A stretch of DNA of 64,000 nucleotides from Dicyema japonicum (GCA_011109175.1 RDEW01000038.1:69616-133615); one strand, 5' to 3'; positions 12,233 to 25,820 are shown, counted from the stretch's first letter. Notes: generated by a model from the sequence alone, not told the origin. Numbers and translations are program-made.

Positions 12233-13725
12233 TCAAAAAAGATACGCAACAATGGACTTTTTGAATAAAAGGGCGACAAGTTGAGGAAGGGAGATCATGG
12301 CTTCAGCGCACTGTCCAAATTCAAAGTTGGCCACATACAACTCACCATTGCTAGTTATCCGCTGTCCTCTTTTCCTATCAGTGAGGACCATGTTCTCCGC
12401 CAGAGGAGCATCCTTATGGTAAATCATCAGATTTGACGTTGAGTCACAAATAACCCCGAATTTACAGTCACTCGAAATCTGAGTGAACCTCCTGTTAACT
12501 TTGGAGAGTTCAACGTATGAAAAAGCGTCCAACGTATTGACATGTTTCCATGTGGTATCCTCGTTTTCATGTGAGAAAATAACGGCGTCGACGTCATTTT
12601 GGAGACAAATTGATGGAACACGTGGTTTATGTGACTGTGGAGATACAGGATCGCATAATTGGCAGATAAACCTAGAATTTCGGTAAAATAACTGAAATTA
12701 TAAAACTAAACGTACATTATACGCGATTTTCATGGTCTCAATATCAAATCTGAGAATGAAAACCGTGTTCATTGATTCCGAGTCGACATCTTCAACGGGA
12801 ATGTCGTAACTGAACTTAATTTCTTCCCCTTGATCAGTTTCCTCTCCAACTGTATCTTCTAGCTGTTGTAATTCATCTGGGGACTCGAAAAAACGAAAAT
12901 TATCGTCAGAAGAAATTACAATGATCCCAGAATTTTCAGAATTTCCGTCCAAAGCGATAAAATCGGGGACCGACTTGCAAAATATTCTCCGTTTTCTCAT
13001 ACAACTCCATGTATTAGAGTCATTTTTAAACTTTAGTACAATAATTTCAGCACCACGTTCTATATTTTGAAATTCATCAGCATTTCGACACGTGAGGAGA
13101 GCTATTTCAATTTCATCCACACGAGCCACCCCAGAAAGGATCAGAAATTGACTCAATTTGAACTGCTCTTCAATCTCGTAGTTAAAGACAACCTAATTTT
13201 AGCAAAAATGGTACATTCCATTGAACTTTGTCTCCCGATCTGTCTCCAGTCTCCAAAATCAGAATATTGGTCTCGTTCACGTTGAGTGTGGCAAAATTCT
13301 CATCTATGAAAACCAAGGAGGTGTAATTTTCCCTTGAGGATTCCTTTTTTATATGCAAATTAATATCAAAAATTTCACGCAAAAAATCGTCATTTTCATC
13401 AACAGCGACCTAAGAATTGAGTAATTGAATACTTTTATTAGATCAATGGACATGACCAACAGATCCTTTGTTATAAAATAGACCACGTGCTCATTGTAGG
13501 GATCCCACGTCATTGGGCTGAATTTCGAGTACAGTTTTGTACGATATAATGAGTTCTCCGCCATTGTAGACAAATTGTACGTGATTATCTCTGAAATAAC
13601 ATTGAAGTTCTACCACGTGGTAATTGTTTGACAATTTTCTTTAAGGTTCGATTTTTTAAGCTATAGCCTTGAAAATTTGCATTCAGTAAACTTCTGTTGT
13701 GCCTAAGCTCACTTTTTGGCAGCAT
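12233..13725 (-). CDS. NUDCD1: NudC domain-containing protein 1
   Basis: N-terminus ELRHNRSLLNANFQGYSL and C-terminus WKHVNTLDAFSYV...SKVNRRF...IYHKDAP...LTDRKRGQRI match the NUDCD1 pattern; several introns of about 23 nt. Confidence 0.85.
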
Positions 13726-13789
13726 ATTAAAAGATTTAAAAAAGTTATCTTTATTTAACAAACAATAAAAAAGTTAATATATTTATTAA

Positions 13790-16430
13790 TCAACAACCTT
13801 CCTCGCCTGCCTGTTCGCCAGCCTCCTCAGGCAGGTTCGATTCTGGTTGCTGAAACAACTCCGAGAGCGCATTGTCAAATTGAACCCTCTGCCCATATGG
13901 CATCTCAGGGCTCTGCCTCCTATACTCCCGTGTCTAGCTCTCTAGGGTCCGCTTTAACACAGTGGACTGTAGATAGGCTTGGAGCTTCCTATCTACCCCC
14001 AACTGCTTCAGATTACCCTTGTGGTACTTTGTTGCAATTCCTTCCCACGTCATTACTATAGGAATAACGAGGACCTTGCAACCAAGCATCTGCCCCATCT
14101 CGTTTGCAAGAAAGTCATACTTCCTTTATTTCTCCACCTCCACAGTCTGCAAACGGTCTTGAGACGTGATGCCAACTTCTATGATAAGGACTTGGCCAGA
14201 CTCCTTATCGTGTACCACAATGTCCGGTTTATTGTGCTTGACTAGCACCGAGGTACGGATAACACTGTCTACCTTAATTTGGACCCTGGTGTTCTCTACT
14301 ACAGATTGCACCTTATGAGTCCGCAACTTTCTGGTGTGGCGAATACCATACTTATTGCATAGTAGAAGATGAAGACTCCTTACTACCTCGTTGTGCCTCC
14401 ACACATAGTCGTGGCAGAGCATGGATCCACATCGAGTGGCTAAATGATCAACCGACATGCTCCTTGACTTACAGTGGGGACATGTATTTGTTGATCGACC
14501 CCAAAAAATATTGCGGTCTTGCATATACGTGTACAACGCCTCCGATCGAGGTGAGTTGTCACCGTATTTTAGCCATATTGTCGACGACTTAAGGTCGACA
14601 TGTGGGTTGTCCAATGCTCTGAAGAGGACCTTATGAAGGCTTTTTAAGTTGATCTTTTCCATCAAATTATTATATTGTAATTCGATCAACGCCTTCACAT
14701 TTACTAGCCCACCATCATCAACACCATACTTAGCAGACAAAAAAGGTCTGATAGTGCCTAGGTGGGTTGCCCGTGTTTTCTCGGTCGTTATTATGGCGTG
14801 CTTCCTAGCAGACACACTTGACCCAGCTATCAGGGTGTCGTGCATTCGCATTAGGATACGCTCACTTAGTTGGACTACTCCACACAGTCCACGGCCGAAT
14901 TTATCACGGGGTAAATATAGTCTCTCCTTATTGGCTGCCAGCACATGGACATGGTTCTCTCTGAGTACTCCACGGATCATAACATCCATCTCATCATACT
15001 CTTTGGGCTCAAACTCCACAACACCTATGTAGTAGTTTAGCAGCGAGACAGCATACTCATTTAATGCTAGGAACAAATTCCTTGCATTTAGAGACGTCTT
15101 ACACAATAACGCTGCTCTTTTACGGATGCCTTCAGTAATTTGTCGCTTTGTCTCAGGCATTATAAGGGACTTTGGAGATTCGGTAACACCCAGATACTTA
15201 TATCCTTCGTGTTCCTCTAGGACTCTTACTAACTCGCTACATACTTGCGTGTTAGTCGCAGACTTTGAATAATTCAAATCTAGCCTATACTCTCAAAGAA
15301 TTCCCTGGCACAGACCCCCATGGAGTAGAGCTCCTCGGCTGTTCGAGCATACATCTTCAGGTCATCGATAAAAAGAAGGTGATTTGTACTGAAACAGACC
15401 CCTTCACAATGAACTGGTATTTGCTCAAACCGGTCATTGAGGCGGCGACTCAATGGCTCCAAACAGAGAACAAAGAGTAGCGGAGACATGCTATCCCCCT
15501 GAAGGATCCCCCTCTTGAGTTTTACCTCGCCTATCCGGTGCCTATTATAGTTCAGATGAATACTCCACCTATTCATCACAGCCACTACAAAGCTGATGAA
15601 CCACACAGGCATACACAGACTGTGTAGGCACTCGACAAGGTAAGAATGATCAACTGAATCGTAAGCCTTCTTCACATCCACCCACATAGACAAAAGTGAG
15701 TTTCCGTGAGACACAGAAAGGCATTTGTTGATCAAAGCCTGCTCTTTTGCCCCCTGACAATTTCGCACAGTTCCCAACTGATTCTCGGAGAGAATCCCAT
15801 TTGCGTCTACAAAGCTCCTGACCTCATTAGCCACCAATTTGGTCATCAGCTTATACAGGGTTGGCATGCAGGTTATCGGTCGATAATCTGCAGCAGACTG
15901 GGGTTGTCCAGCTTTGGGATCAAATAAGTTGTCCCTGTGCATGCCCAATCAGGAATCGTTTCCGGGTTAGTGATGCTTTTCTGTAATACACGACACATAG
16001 ACTCGTGTAATGAAGTGCATCTTTTGATAAAGAAATTATAAACTTTATCGACCCCGGTCGTTTCCAATCAGGGAGATGTCTCACTACCGCCTCAAATTTC
16101 TTGCGAAAATCGAAAATTCCGCAAGATTCCGCCAAGAAAGGAGCGGCGCTGTACGGGACATTCCACGCATTTCCTCTGCGTGGTTTAGCTTTCCACATAC
16201 TACCCCATGTGGAAAGCATTTCTGCGTCCTGTTGGGAACATACACTATGGCCATTTTCGTGTAGGCGACGGTAAAACAATCTGCGATTAAACTCAAACAG
16301 ATTATTTTCTCTCTTTCTCTTACACCGACTTTCATGCGTATAGAGTTTCCTCTTATACACCATTATTGCCCCCTCTAACTCCACCTTTGCCCTCCTCAAC
16401 TCTTTGAGGTCCCATTTGGGAACACGGAGT
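13790..16430 (-). mobile_element. R4/Dong-like non-LTR retrotransposon (RT, CCHC finger, RLE endonuclease, 3' UTR), 5'-truncated, few disablements
   Basis: DYRPITCMPTLYKL, VDVKKAYDSVDH, GILQGDSMSPLLF, LLFIDDLK, ERLYLPR..GRGL, CPHC..VDHLATRC, KHNKPDIVV..IIEVG, RKYD; a frameshift near 15280 and a stop at 14126. Confidence 0.9.
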
Positions 16431-16599
16431 TTACTAATTAAAATAAAAATTATTTAAAGGTAGTACTGGAAGAGTACTTCGTTGAGACTGTGTTACGTTT
16501 CTGTGGAAGCCAACGAGTCACACTTCCTGGGTTACTCATTGCTGATCTCAAGTACTCCAAAAGAAAAATGAAATATGGAGAACATTTGGACGACTTGAG

Positions 16600-16760
16600 A
16601 GAAGGTGAGATTGATTACTGACGTCATCATCAGTGATTCATCACTCAGGAATTGGATTGTCTAAGGACTCACACGCGGGTAAAAATAAAAGAACAAAATG
16701 TTAAGAACACTTTCGATGTCTTGGATTAATTAACATGACTGTTCTTTACATCTTAAATAA
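16600..16760 (+). mobile_element. Degenerate S1 SINE body
   Basis: tgacgtcatcatcagtg...ggaattggattgtctaaggactcacac resembles the S1 core. Confidence 0.55.
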
Positions 16761-17347
16761 TGTGTGACTTTTTCCAAAGCTGAGATGAATAATGGAAACG
16801 TCACTAGTCGTCGGCGGAAGGGTTGAATTATTATTTATTAATAATCCTCATGTTCCTTCTTAAACAATACTCATCCAAATTCTTCCAAATTTTAGATCAG
16901 ATGGGATTCAAACTTACAGAGTGGTGTATAAATTTGTTCAGAAACTTTTTGTATCCAATGTCTCCCAACTCAGCCATTTTGCCCATATACGTGAGAAAAA
17001 AACGAGAGGTTACAGCGATCATGAGAAAATGAAGACATCCAGAGGAAATTGAACTCGAAACTTTCATATTTTTGATACTTTTTAGTTCCTTATCTAGTCG
17101 GGGCTTTTTAGAAGAGACTAATACGAAAGGATAGCCGTCAGCTATTCTTCTGAGAAAATAATTTCTCCAGCTCTATCATCTTTGACATGCTCGACTGATC
17201 TCCAAGCCGACCCTTTTCAGTCCCTTATTGGTCCTGGCCAAATAAAATGAACCTCTCTTTTGTGGTGACTAACCAAGAATTCCAAACCAAATTTTAATAG
17301 GAAACGACGCATAAACACTTAAACGATAACTCTTATCCTCTTTTTAG

Positions 17348-17525
17348 TCTTTATTTAGTAACCCAAGATCACGTTAAAAGCAACCTGATTATCACGTGAT
17401 CCTGATGCATTTTAACAGCGACCTCATCTTTGCCTGGTGTAATTCCCTCGTGCCCGCGCATGAACGTACAGGATGACTGACTGATTTTTCAGGGCCACAT
17501 TCCCGTGAGCTGGAGTCTAGTCACG
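17348..17525 (-). mobile_element. F2 LINE 3' end
   Basis: Near-copy of 3707-3890; stem AGGATCACGT/ACGTGATCTT at 17365-17403. Confidence 0.8.
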
Positions 17526-17846
17526 TAGTATTTCGTAGGTTAATAAATAAATCTATTGGGGGATTTAATATTATCAAAATTAAAAATAATTGTGATTTTA
17601 AACAGGAGATCATAAAAAAGATAAGTAAAAAAGGAAATCAAATGACGACAAAAATTGTATAGATTAAATTTCAATGATATAATTTTACATCCAAACGAGA
17701 TTTGATTAAAAATAATTATGATTTTTATATCTGAAATAATTTTTAATTAAATCAATAGTAAATTTTATTTAAATTAAATAATCTTTTTAAAATTTGAATC
17801 ATTGGTGTATGTTTCTGTGTGTTGTGTTGTGCGTTTGTATTTAAAA

Positions 17847-20769
17847 ATGCAAGTCGGCGATTCCAACGAGAAGCGACTTAACTCCAATAAACGGTCAAAC
17901 AGTATACCAACCAATGTTATAAAATATTTCACACAGAAAAAGACAAGTGCCTCTTTTGTAATGCCCGATATTTATTCACCCACAAATATGATTCACATGT
18001 CACTACTAGAAAGAGGCTTAGAGCCATCTACGGAGATCAAAACAATTAAATTCAAAGGAAGAAGCCGAATTTATGTACCATATTCGAAAAGAGACAGTCT
18101 AATTTTCAAAAAACTGCCAAAAAGGCGAAAAAACAAAGCCAAAAGTCATCGAAAACTAAAAAGCTACATTTCCGAGTTACAGAGATTGTATAATTCCCGT
18201 TTCCCTCAAGTTGACTGTGTTGTTTACTTAGTCTTTGGAAGAGATGAAGGACAGGATCGACGCTTTTATTCACAGGCATACTGACTGTCACAAGCATTCA
18301 GAGATAGCAGACGGAATAACAAATTTCGTGCACAATCAAATCATATGCATTGCCAGAGATCTGTCCAAAAAAGTGGAGATTAACCATGAATTCTGTTATG
18401 AGGACTTTTTGGAGGTGGGAAGAAGCATTCAAGTGTTAATCTCAGAGGTATTTGTTGATGTAACTGCAGATTGAGACTAAAACGATTTATCCATCGTGTC
18501 ATCTGCTACATCTCTGCGAATTTGTCCAGTCAGTGATAGTTCGACCAACTCGTCTGTTGGAGTGCATGGTTGGTTCTCTTATGCATTTTAGGAATTTCTG
18601 TCTCATTCACCGGAAGGATGCCAGAAATTCCAGACCAACACAGAAAAGTACATAAGGGAGCACCTCTGTGAGCCAGATGAGTCTTATACAATGCCTTGTA
18701 CTGCTCGCCCTGACCCACGTGAGGAGGACTTTGAAGAGATAAAGACTATAAGTCGTGGGACTTATGGGTTGTACTCTGAGTAATATCACAGTATTGTAAT
18801 CCTGGTAAAACATGTTCACTCTGGACTTTTATTTGCTATGAAGAAGATCAAGAAGAGCATGTTAATCCTGCGCAATCAGGTTGATCAGGTATTCACGGAG
18901 CGTGATATTCTGACTTTTAACGACAACCCATTTGTGGTGAATTTGTTCTGCAGTTTTGAGACTGCGGTAATGATTGTTTTTATTCTCAGAAGCATTTATG
19001 TATTGTCATGCAGTATGTGGAAGGGGGAGACTGCTCTGCTTTACTCACTCAGGTGGGCAAATTCCCGTTTGATTTAAGTCGGTTTTATTTGTCGTTTGAG
19101 TTTAGAATTTATGTAGCTGAGACTGTCCTGGCATTAGAGTACATTCATTCTTATGGAATAGTACACAGGGATATAAAACCTGAAAAGTAGTTGTATTTAT
19201 AATCCTGAGTCTCTTAATCACTTCTAAAGGTCACATAAAACTGACAGACTTTGGTTTATCAAAGATTGGACTGATGAACAGTAATATCTTGTATAATCGT
19301 AGTGGCCACTGGATACTGTGAGACATGCATAACTCAAAAGTGCTGTGAATTCAAGGACAAGCAGGTCTTTGGTACACCAGAATATATTGCTCCAGAAGTA
19401 ATCCTTCGAACTGGATATGGTTGTCTCTATTTGTCATTTTAGGAAAACCTGTTGATTGGTGGGCGCTCGGGATTACTCTGTACGAGTTCCTTACTGGAAT
19501 GGTCCCATATTTTGGGGAGACTACAGAAGAGTTATTTTCGCATGTAGTGAATGGTGGTTGTATCTTTGATTGTCAGATAAATTTGAATGGTCCACTGATA
19601 TGTTATTTCCTATTGTGGTGATTGATCTGGTGACACGACTGCTCAAACGTGATCCAATTGACAGACTGGGCACTGCAGGACCTACCGATGTTTGTTTTGT
19701 ATATATTTCCAGGTTAAAGAACACGAGTTCTTCGATACTCTTGACTGGAGTGCCTTACTGAGACAGAAAGTGAGTTACATTCCGGATTTGAAAAACAATT
19801 TGGACATCAGCTGTTTTGAGAGTAAGTTCTATCCGTAATTATAGGCCGATCTGAAAGGTTTTCTGATAATTCAGAGGGTGAAGAGGTCGTCTCTGACGTT
19901 TTTAGTTCATTCTCTTCTCTCTCCCCTCTTTACATGAATGTTACTCGGGAAGATGTCTCAAATGTATTAGTGTGTTATAATTCAAGGATTCCCCTATAAA
20001 CGAAAGTGTTCACAGGTTGTCGTTGGAAAATATCGGGAAGTTCTCCTCTGTTCTTATTTTTTTATTTTAGTTTGACAGCGAAAAACATAGAGATTCCATT
20101 AAAAGTGTCTCTTCTTTGAGTATTATTTATTTTGCTAATTAAGTGAATGTCATGAATCACAATCATAGGAGCAGTTCGATGGCTTCCACTAATTCCGCAA
20201 AAACCAATCGAAGGTGTTCAAAAGTTAAACGGACTGTTTTGATTCATCGAGGGCAGTGGGGATTTGGATTCAGAATTCTTGCAATTCCTCGTAAGTCTCA
20301 GAATTGCTTAAGCATATTGTAGACGTATTTTGTGTTCGATCATTTTCTAGTCTGTTGATACTCACGGGCCTGCTCACGATGCTAAGCTAACTGTTGGGAG
20401 CGTTATTACGCACATAAACGGGAGAGATATTAGCATGCTATCGCATGTTAATGTCGTTCTCATTATAATGAACAGTGGTCCTTTGGTTCTCTTCTTCGTT
20501 AATTTTAGTTAAAACTGTCTGTTGTCGGGAAAAATCTCACTCAGACAAGATTTTTGTCACTTTCAGGATTTCAAGCATCAAAATCATATAAAAAGCCTAG
20601 CCTTTCTATTCTTCGTCAGAAACTTACTGTCTCTGGATTTGTTTCGACTGTTGATTATTTATGATAATTTTAGGCTCCTAGTGGGGATTCCGCTGTCGAT
20701 AGCCACTCCTGCGAAGTTGACTTACAGTCTCCAACTTCAAGAACATCTAACTATATATTTAAACCATAA
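17847..20769 (+). CDS. MAST: Microtubule-associated Ser/Thr kinase (DUF1908, AGC kinase, PDZ)
   Basis: RFPQ/SLEEM...[14 protein letters not shown] (DUF1908); [35 protein letters not shown]; PDZ GFGFRI...ITHING; more than a dozen introns, those decoded all 22-24 nt. Last exon and stop inferred. Confidence 0.92.
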
Positions 20770-20879
20770 TTTCATGTTTGTATATATTACTTTTATTTAA
20801 TACATCGTTTGAATGCTTGAAAGTGTTGTGAGTTTGGTAAAAAAATTATTTAAAAAAATTAAGGCTAAAAATTCATTTT

Positions 20880-23800
20880 AGCGTGGCGTTATGTGGTCTA
20901 ACAATTCAAAAGTATTTGGAAAGCCCATGGGGCACCTAATGTCCACCGAAAAAAACCTTTAGACTCCATCCTCCGAGGACATTCTCGCCCCCGGGCGATG
21001 AATTTCGAGGAAGATCGAACCTTCCCGGAGGAAATCCTCAACCCATCAAAGAGAAAGGCATTTTACTGATCTTCACATAAACATAAATGGAATTAAAGTG
21101 AAAATCAGGGAACTCCGCTCACTCCTGGCAAGTTAGAAGATTAATGTATCTCTGATTCAAGAGACCAAAATCACTTTTAATAACCCTACCACTACACTCC
21201 CTGGCTATTAAAGTGGACCGTAAAGAGAGAAGAGGTGGAGGTCTGCTCACTCTATTCAAAAAGAACTTGAAATGAGAGATATTTCCTCAAAAATGAGGAA
21301 ACTTGTTGGAGATGATGAGGTTGCCGAAATAATCGGAATCTCGGTCCGGAGAACGAAAGGAAGACTAATTATTAAGGCACTTTCACGAAAGACATAATGT
21401 GCAACACTCATAGAAACAATATTTATAGTTAATCTCTTACATCTTCCTATGTCGAATGCTAGTGATCTCAATTTGTCTAGGTCGTCCCCCGTCTTTAGAT
21501 TTTTTCTCACACGATTTAGATCTTTGTTTAAGGCAGTCGGAAGTGTCGATATAGGTCGTCCGCGGAAGGGTTTGTCGCAACTGTCAAAGTAATCTTCCAT
21601 CGCTTTGTTAGCGGGTGCGTCAGGGTTCATTCTTAATACATCCCCAAATAGCCTCCACCGGGCATCTATCACATCCTTGCTGATGTACGAACACATACAC
21701 TTGTTGTAAATACCACTGGTTGATATTGTACGTGGCCACTCTATTCCGAGTAAGCTTCTTAGTTGCCTTCTATGGAATGAATCCAGTTTCAATAGTTCGT
21801 TAAAGGAACTTCCCAGGTCCCAACGTTGTACAGTAGGATCAGTTTCACAAAGGCGTTGTAAAGCCAGCTGATGTCAATTCCAAGTCATTTGGATTTTAGC
21901 CATCCTTTCCTCAGTTTTGCCATTGCCACATTTGCCAGTGTTTTCCTCCTTAGTACATATTCAGCGTCTCCTAGTAGAGAGCCGAGCTTATTAGTACATC
22001 TCCATCTTTCATGACTAATATCGTCTTCTCTTTTGATTTCAGTTTTGTTTACATTTACGATGATAAACCATTTCTCAAGCACCGCAGGTGCATTTTCGAC
22101 TAGGTGTTGGAGTGCGGTCGCGTCTCGTGATACGAAAGCCGCATCCACATGAGATGTCTCTTCTATGTCTCCTATATAGCATTTACGAAGATCGCGGAGT
22201 GCAGATTCAAGGTATATGGGGAATAGTAAATGTGAGAGGGAATCACCCTGGGGTGTCCCAATCGTTGTTTGAAACTGCGGAAGTTACTCCTTCTGTCCTC
22301 ACGATAATCTTGTGTTCGTAAGTTGTAGTCTGATTATCCTAACCGACGATTTATCCAATATTTGCTCAAGCACATTCATCAGTTTCTGTCTGTTTATTGA
22401 GTCAAAAGCTATGGAGAGATCTATTCCCAACACGGTCTTTGCGCTCTTGAATCTTTTGTGCGTTGCACAGCGCCATCTTTGGCTTCATACAATGTCCGCC
22501 GTAGACCTCTTTTCTCGGAACCCACTTTGACTTGCTGGTAGGTATAGATCCGCCACGCCCTTTATCCGACTTAGTGATATGGTTGTCAGCACCTTGCGTA
22601 TCGAGTTCAGAAGTATGATCGGGCAAAGATTTTCTACTGGTCCTTTTGCTTTATTCGGTTTTTGTATGGGTATTAATAATCCATTTCCAAGTCCTAGATC
22701 GGTATTAGTTTCAAAGATATCATTTAAGATTTTTGCAATTGTTTCACTAAGTTTTTTAGCCCATATTTTAAAAGCTCAGGGCTTATGTTGTCTAGCCCAG
22801 CACTCTTGTTAAGGAAGACTGTTATGTAAATATCTATTTCCGCCCCCTGGTTCCTGCCCGAATAGCTATGTTATGCCAAACCTATTAAGACTGTCTTCCT
22901 TCGATGAGATCATCATCTCAGGATCTGAATACTCAATTAGCTGACTTGAGGGGGAAACTATTGTTATCGCAAACGGACTCCCTAACGATATTGAATGATC
23001 CATCGAGAAACACAAAGACACCACTCAGTGAGACAGATAAGCCTACCTCACCGGGGGTAAAACTCTGCTCACCGTCGCTTTCATCAGTCTTCTACGAAAT
23101 AAGAAGCGACCATAATCCGATTGGGGTGAAGATCAAAAGAGAGGCCAACGTGAGGATAATTCCTAGCAGCTACAATTAAAAAGGTGCTAACCGGAAATAG
23201 TATCGCGAAATCTCAGAAGACAAAATGAAGATTTGTTACTTGTTTTGCTTCAGTTCTCTGAAGAATGTCATCAGCTACTTTACCCGCATAATCTTGGAAC
23301 CAAGACCATGGTTATACCCAGACGTCAATTAAATTCGTCTAGTGGTCGAGGGAAGACGGCCTTGATTAAATAACCTTGGAAATGAAACTCCGGGATCAGA
23401 GCATTGAATAATGAAATAAAAACCAAAGAGCTCAGGGCCCAGAGGTTGAGAAGTGGGAAAATGTGAAAATGTGGAAACTATTCGAAACGTGGGAAAGGAG
23501 ATTAAATTTCATCAGAGGAGATTATGTTCAAAAAGATGTGAACAACTTGATAAAATCTACACGAAAATTTGACACAAGGAGCACAGGAAGTTTGATACTC
23601 TATTATCAAGCAGAAAACTGAAAAAAGTGCCAGAAACCGCTCTTCTTCTCGGAGAGAGATATGAGGGATACGCTACATTCCACAAAAACAACAGATTTTC
23701 ACGGGCCAGACAACATTCCGGTTATTCTATTAATAAATCTTGGAGACGGGGGAGTTACCTTTCAATGTAGATTTTCAACTATCCGATTATCTAAATGTGA

Positions 23801-24714
23801 TACCGTTGTTATGGAAGCTCAAGCTTTGGATCACCAACTTCCTAAGTGGATGAAGGGGACGTGTATGTCTCAGAGGTCTGAAATTAGTCTCACGTCTCCT
23901 CCCCATTAGAGTCCCTCAAGGATCTCCTTTATCCCTTGTTCTGTTTAACCTCTTTCTGGCCGATCTCCGACTCTTGAATCTAATAATGATGTTCTACTCT
24001 CTATGCGGATGATATTTTCTTGACTTTGCGAGATCGAGACATCCAGTAGGCCAAGAAAAAATACAAGTTAACATGGACCGGCCTAATGCCTGGATAATGG
24101 AAAACCGGATCATGGTGAATGTAAAGAAGTCATCTACGTCCCTTTTTACCTCTGACAAAAGATTGGGAAGGAAGACATTCACCTTGAAGTTAAACAAGGT
24201 CGACATCCCTTTCACTAGATGTCAAAGGATCTTTGGGTGTGACAATCGATATGCACCATACATAGAAAACATTCTTTTGAAATGCGAGAAGCTGAACATA
24301 TTGAAAAGTTTATCGGGAATATGGAAGAGTGGTACTGACCCGGTCCTGATGAACTTTTACAAACAGTACACCGAACCATGTTTCTCATATGCAGGCGCCC
24401 CGTGGGGACCGTCCATATCTTGGACAAATATGAGGAAAATTGAGGAAATGCAAGAGGGTTTACAGAGTAACCGAGCGTTGGATTTGTGAAGATCACCGAA
24501 CCGAACTGACGCTTCTGGAGGTCCTTATGCGACTAGACTCCAGATTAGGGGAATGTGGCCATGAAAATTAAATCAGAAGTCCTGTACGTTCATTCGCGGG
24601 CACGAGGAAAGAACATCGGGCAAAGATGAGGTCTCTGTTAGAATGCATCGGAATCACGTGATAATTAGTTTGATTTTACCGTGGTTTTGGGTTGTTAAAT
24701 AAATAAAATAAAAA
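20880..24714 (+). mobile_element. Jockey/I-like LINE (family F2): 5' head, APE endonuclease, internally deleted RT and 3' stem-loop tail, interrupted by an RTE
   Basis: LHININGI...LIQETK; reading frame resumes (GRL|YVNIY) across the insert; SDHNP, GPDNIP, VPQGSPL, LYADD, SYAGAPW; (TAAA)n tail. Confidence 0.8.
21367..22810 (-). mobile_element. RTE-like LINE, 5'-truncated, nested with 10-bp TSD
   Basis: TSD aaggaagact at 21357-21366 and 22811-22820; RWRLFGDVLR, FRGRPISTLP; RTE tail tcgtgaaagtgccttaataatt. Confidence 0.9.
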
Positions 24715-24796
24715 GTTCTGTAAAAATTTTTTTATGATGATTGCAACTATCAAATGATTTTCTATTAACTTTTTGTTTTTTTAACACTAACAATAT

Positions 24797-25130
24797 AATA
24801 ATAATAATGAAGCCTTTTCACGAGAGCCCGCATAGGCAGGACACACACTTTATTTAAGTAAAGAACAGTTAATTTTAACTAATCGTAGAACCAAGGAATG
24901 ATCTTCACTTCTTTTTTTCTTTTTCTTGTGTGAGTGTCCTTTCTAGACAATCCAGTTCCGCAGTGAGTATCCACTGATGACGGCGTCACTCGTCAAACCC
25001 TTTCTGCATCGTAGATGCGTGGAACCTTCCACCAGGTGTACAGCAGCGAGATTCGAACCCGTAACCTAAGCCACTTAAGCCCGACATTTAACCACTATGC
25101 CACATGGATTCTCTAGAGAACTGAAGCAAT
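24797..25130 (-). mobile_element. Full-length S1 tRNA-like SINE with 11-bp TSD
   Basis: A-box-like TGGCATAGTGG, B-box GGTTCGAATC, RTE-type tail with (ATT)n; TSD actaacaatat at 24786-24796 and 25131-25141. Confidence 0.9.
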
Positions 25131-25184
25131 ACTAACAATATGTCAACTTAGATTATAATGTGCTTATGTTTGACAGGGACAAAG

Positions 25185-25480
25185 TTATTATTAGCATTTT
25201 TATGAGAGACATAATATTTGTAGCCGCATATGTGCAGCAAAAGAACATTTTTACATGTTAATCTCTTCTGCGCTCCTCTGTTATTTACTGGGGCTCTCAA
25301 TAAGTCCAGATCGTCGACGGATTCATGTTTTTTCAGGTCCTTTTGAAGGACTATTGGCAATGTCACTCTAGGTCTTCCACGGAAAGCCCTCTTGACAAAC
25401 ATAGTAATCTTTCATAGCTCTATTCGGTGAGGTTGTCAATTCCATCCTCAGGATGTCCCCCTTAAATGAACCATTCTTTA
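25185..25480 (-). mobile_element. RTE-like 3' fragment
   Basis: FRGRPRVTLPIVLQKDL and tail gctgcacatatgcggctac...gctaataataa. Confidence 0.8.
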
Positions 25481-25556
25481 TACATTTTATGACAATTCAA
25501 CCATCTTAATGTAATAAAAAGAAATTTTATTATGAAATTAAAAACATCTATTTATA

Positions 25557-25820
25557 CAGTCAACCCTCTCTATAGTGAACAAAATGTCCACTTAAAAACA
25601 CGATGTTCACTAATCTTCAATAGTGAATAAACAAGTCAACAGTTAATGTTCTGTTCCCCAAAAGTTTTAAAAAACAATCCAGTTTTCATTCCAATTTTCT
25701 ATTGAAACTGGTATTCAAAAGTGGTATTCATTTTATAATTAATAAATCAATGACAATTACTAATTTTTGTTATGGTGAATTGCATTAATATGGCATGTTC
25801 ATTATAGAGAGGGTTGACTG
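25557..25820. mobile_element. Tc1/mariner-pogo-type MITE, 264 bp
   Basis: 24-bp TIRs CAGTCAACCCTCTCTATA(G/A)TGAAC with one mismatch; TA on both flanks (25555-25556, 25821-25822); no ORF. Confidence 0.92.
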
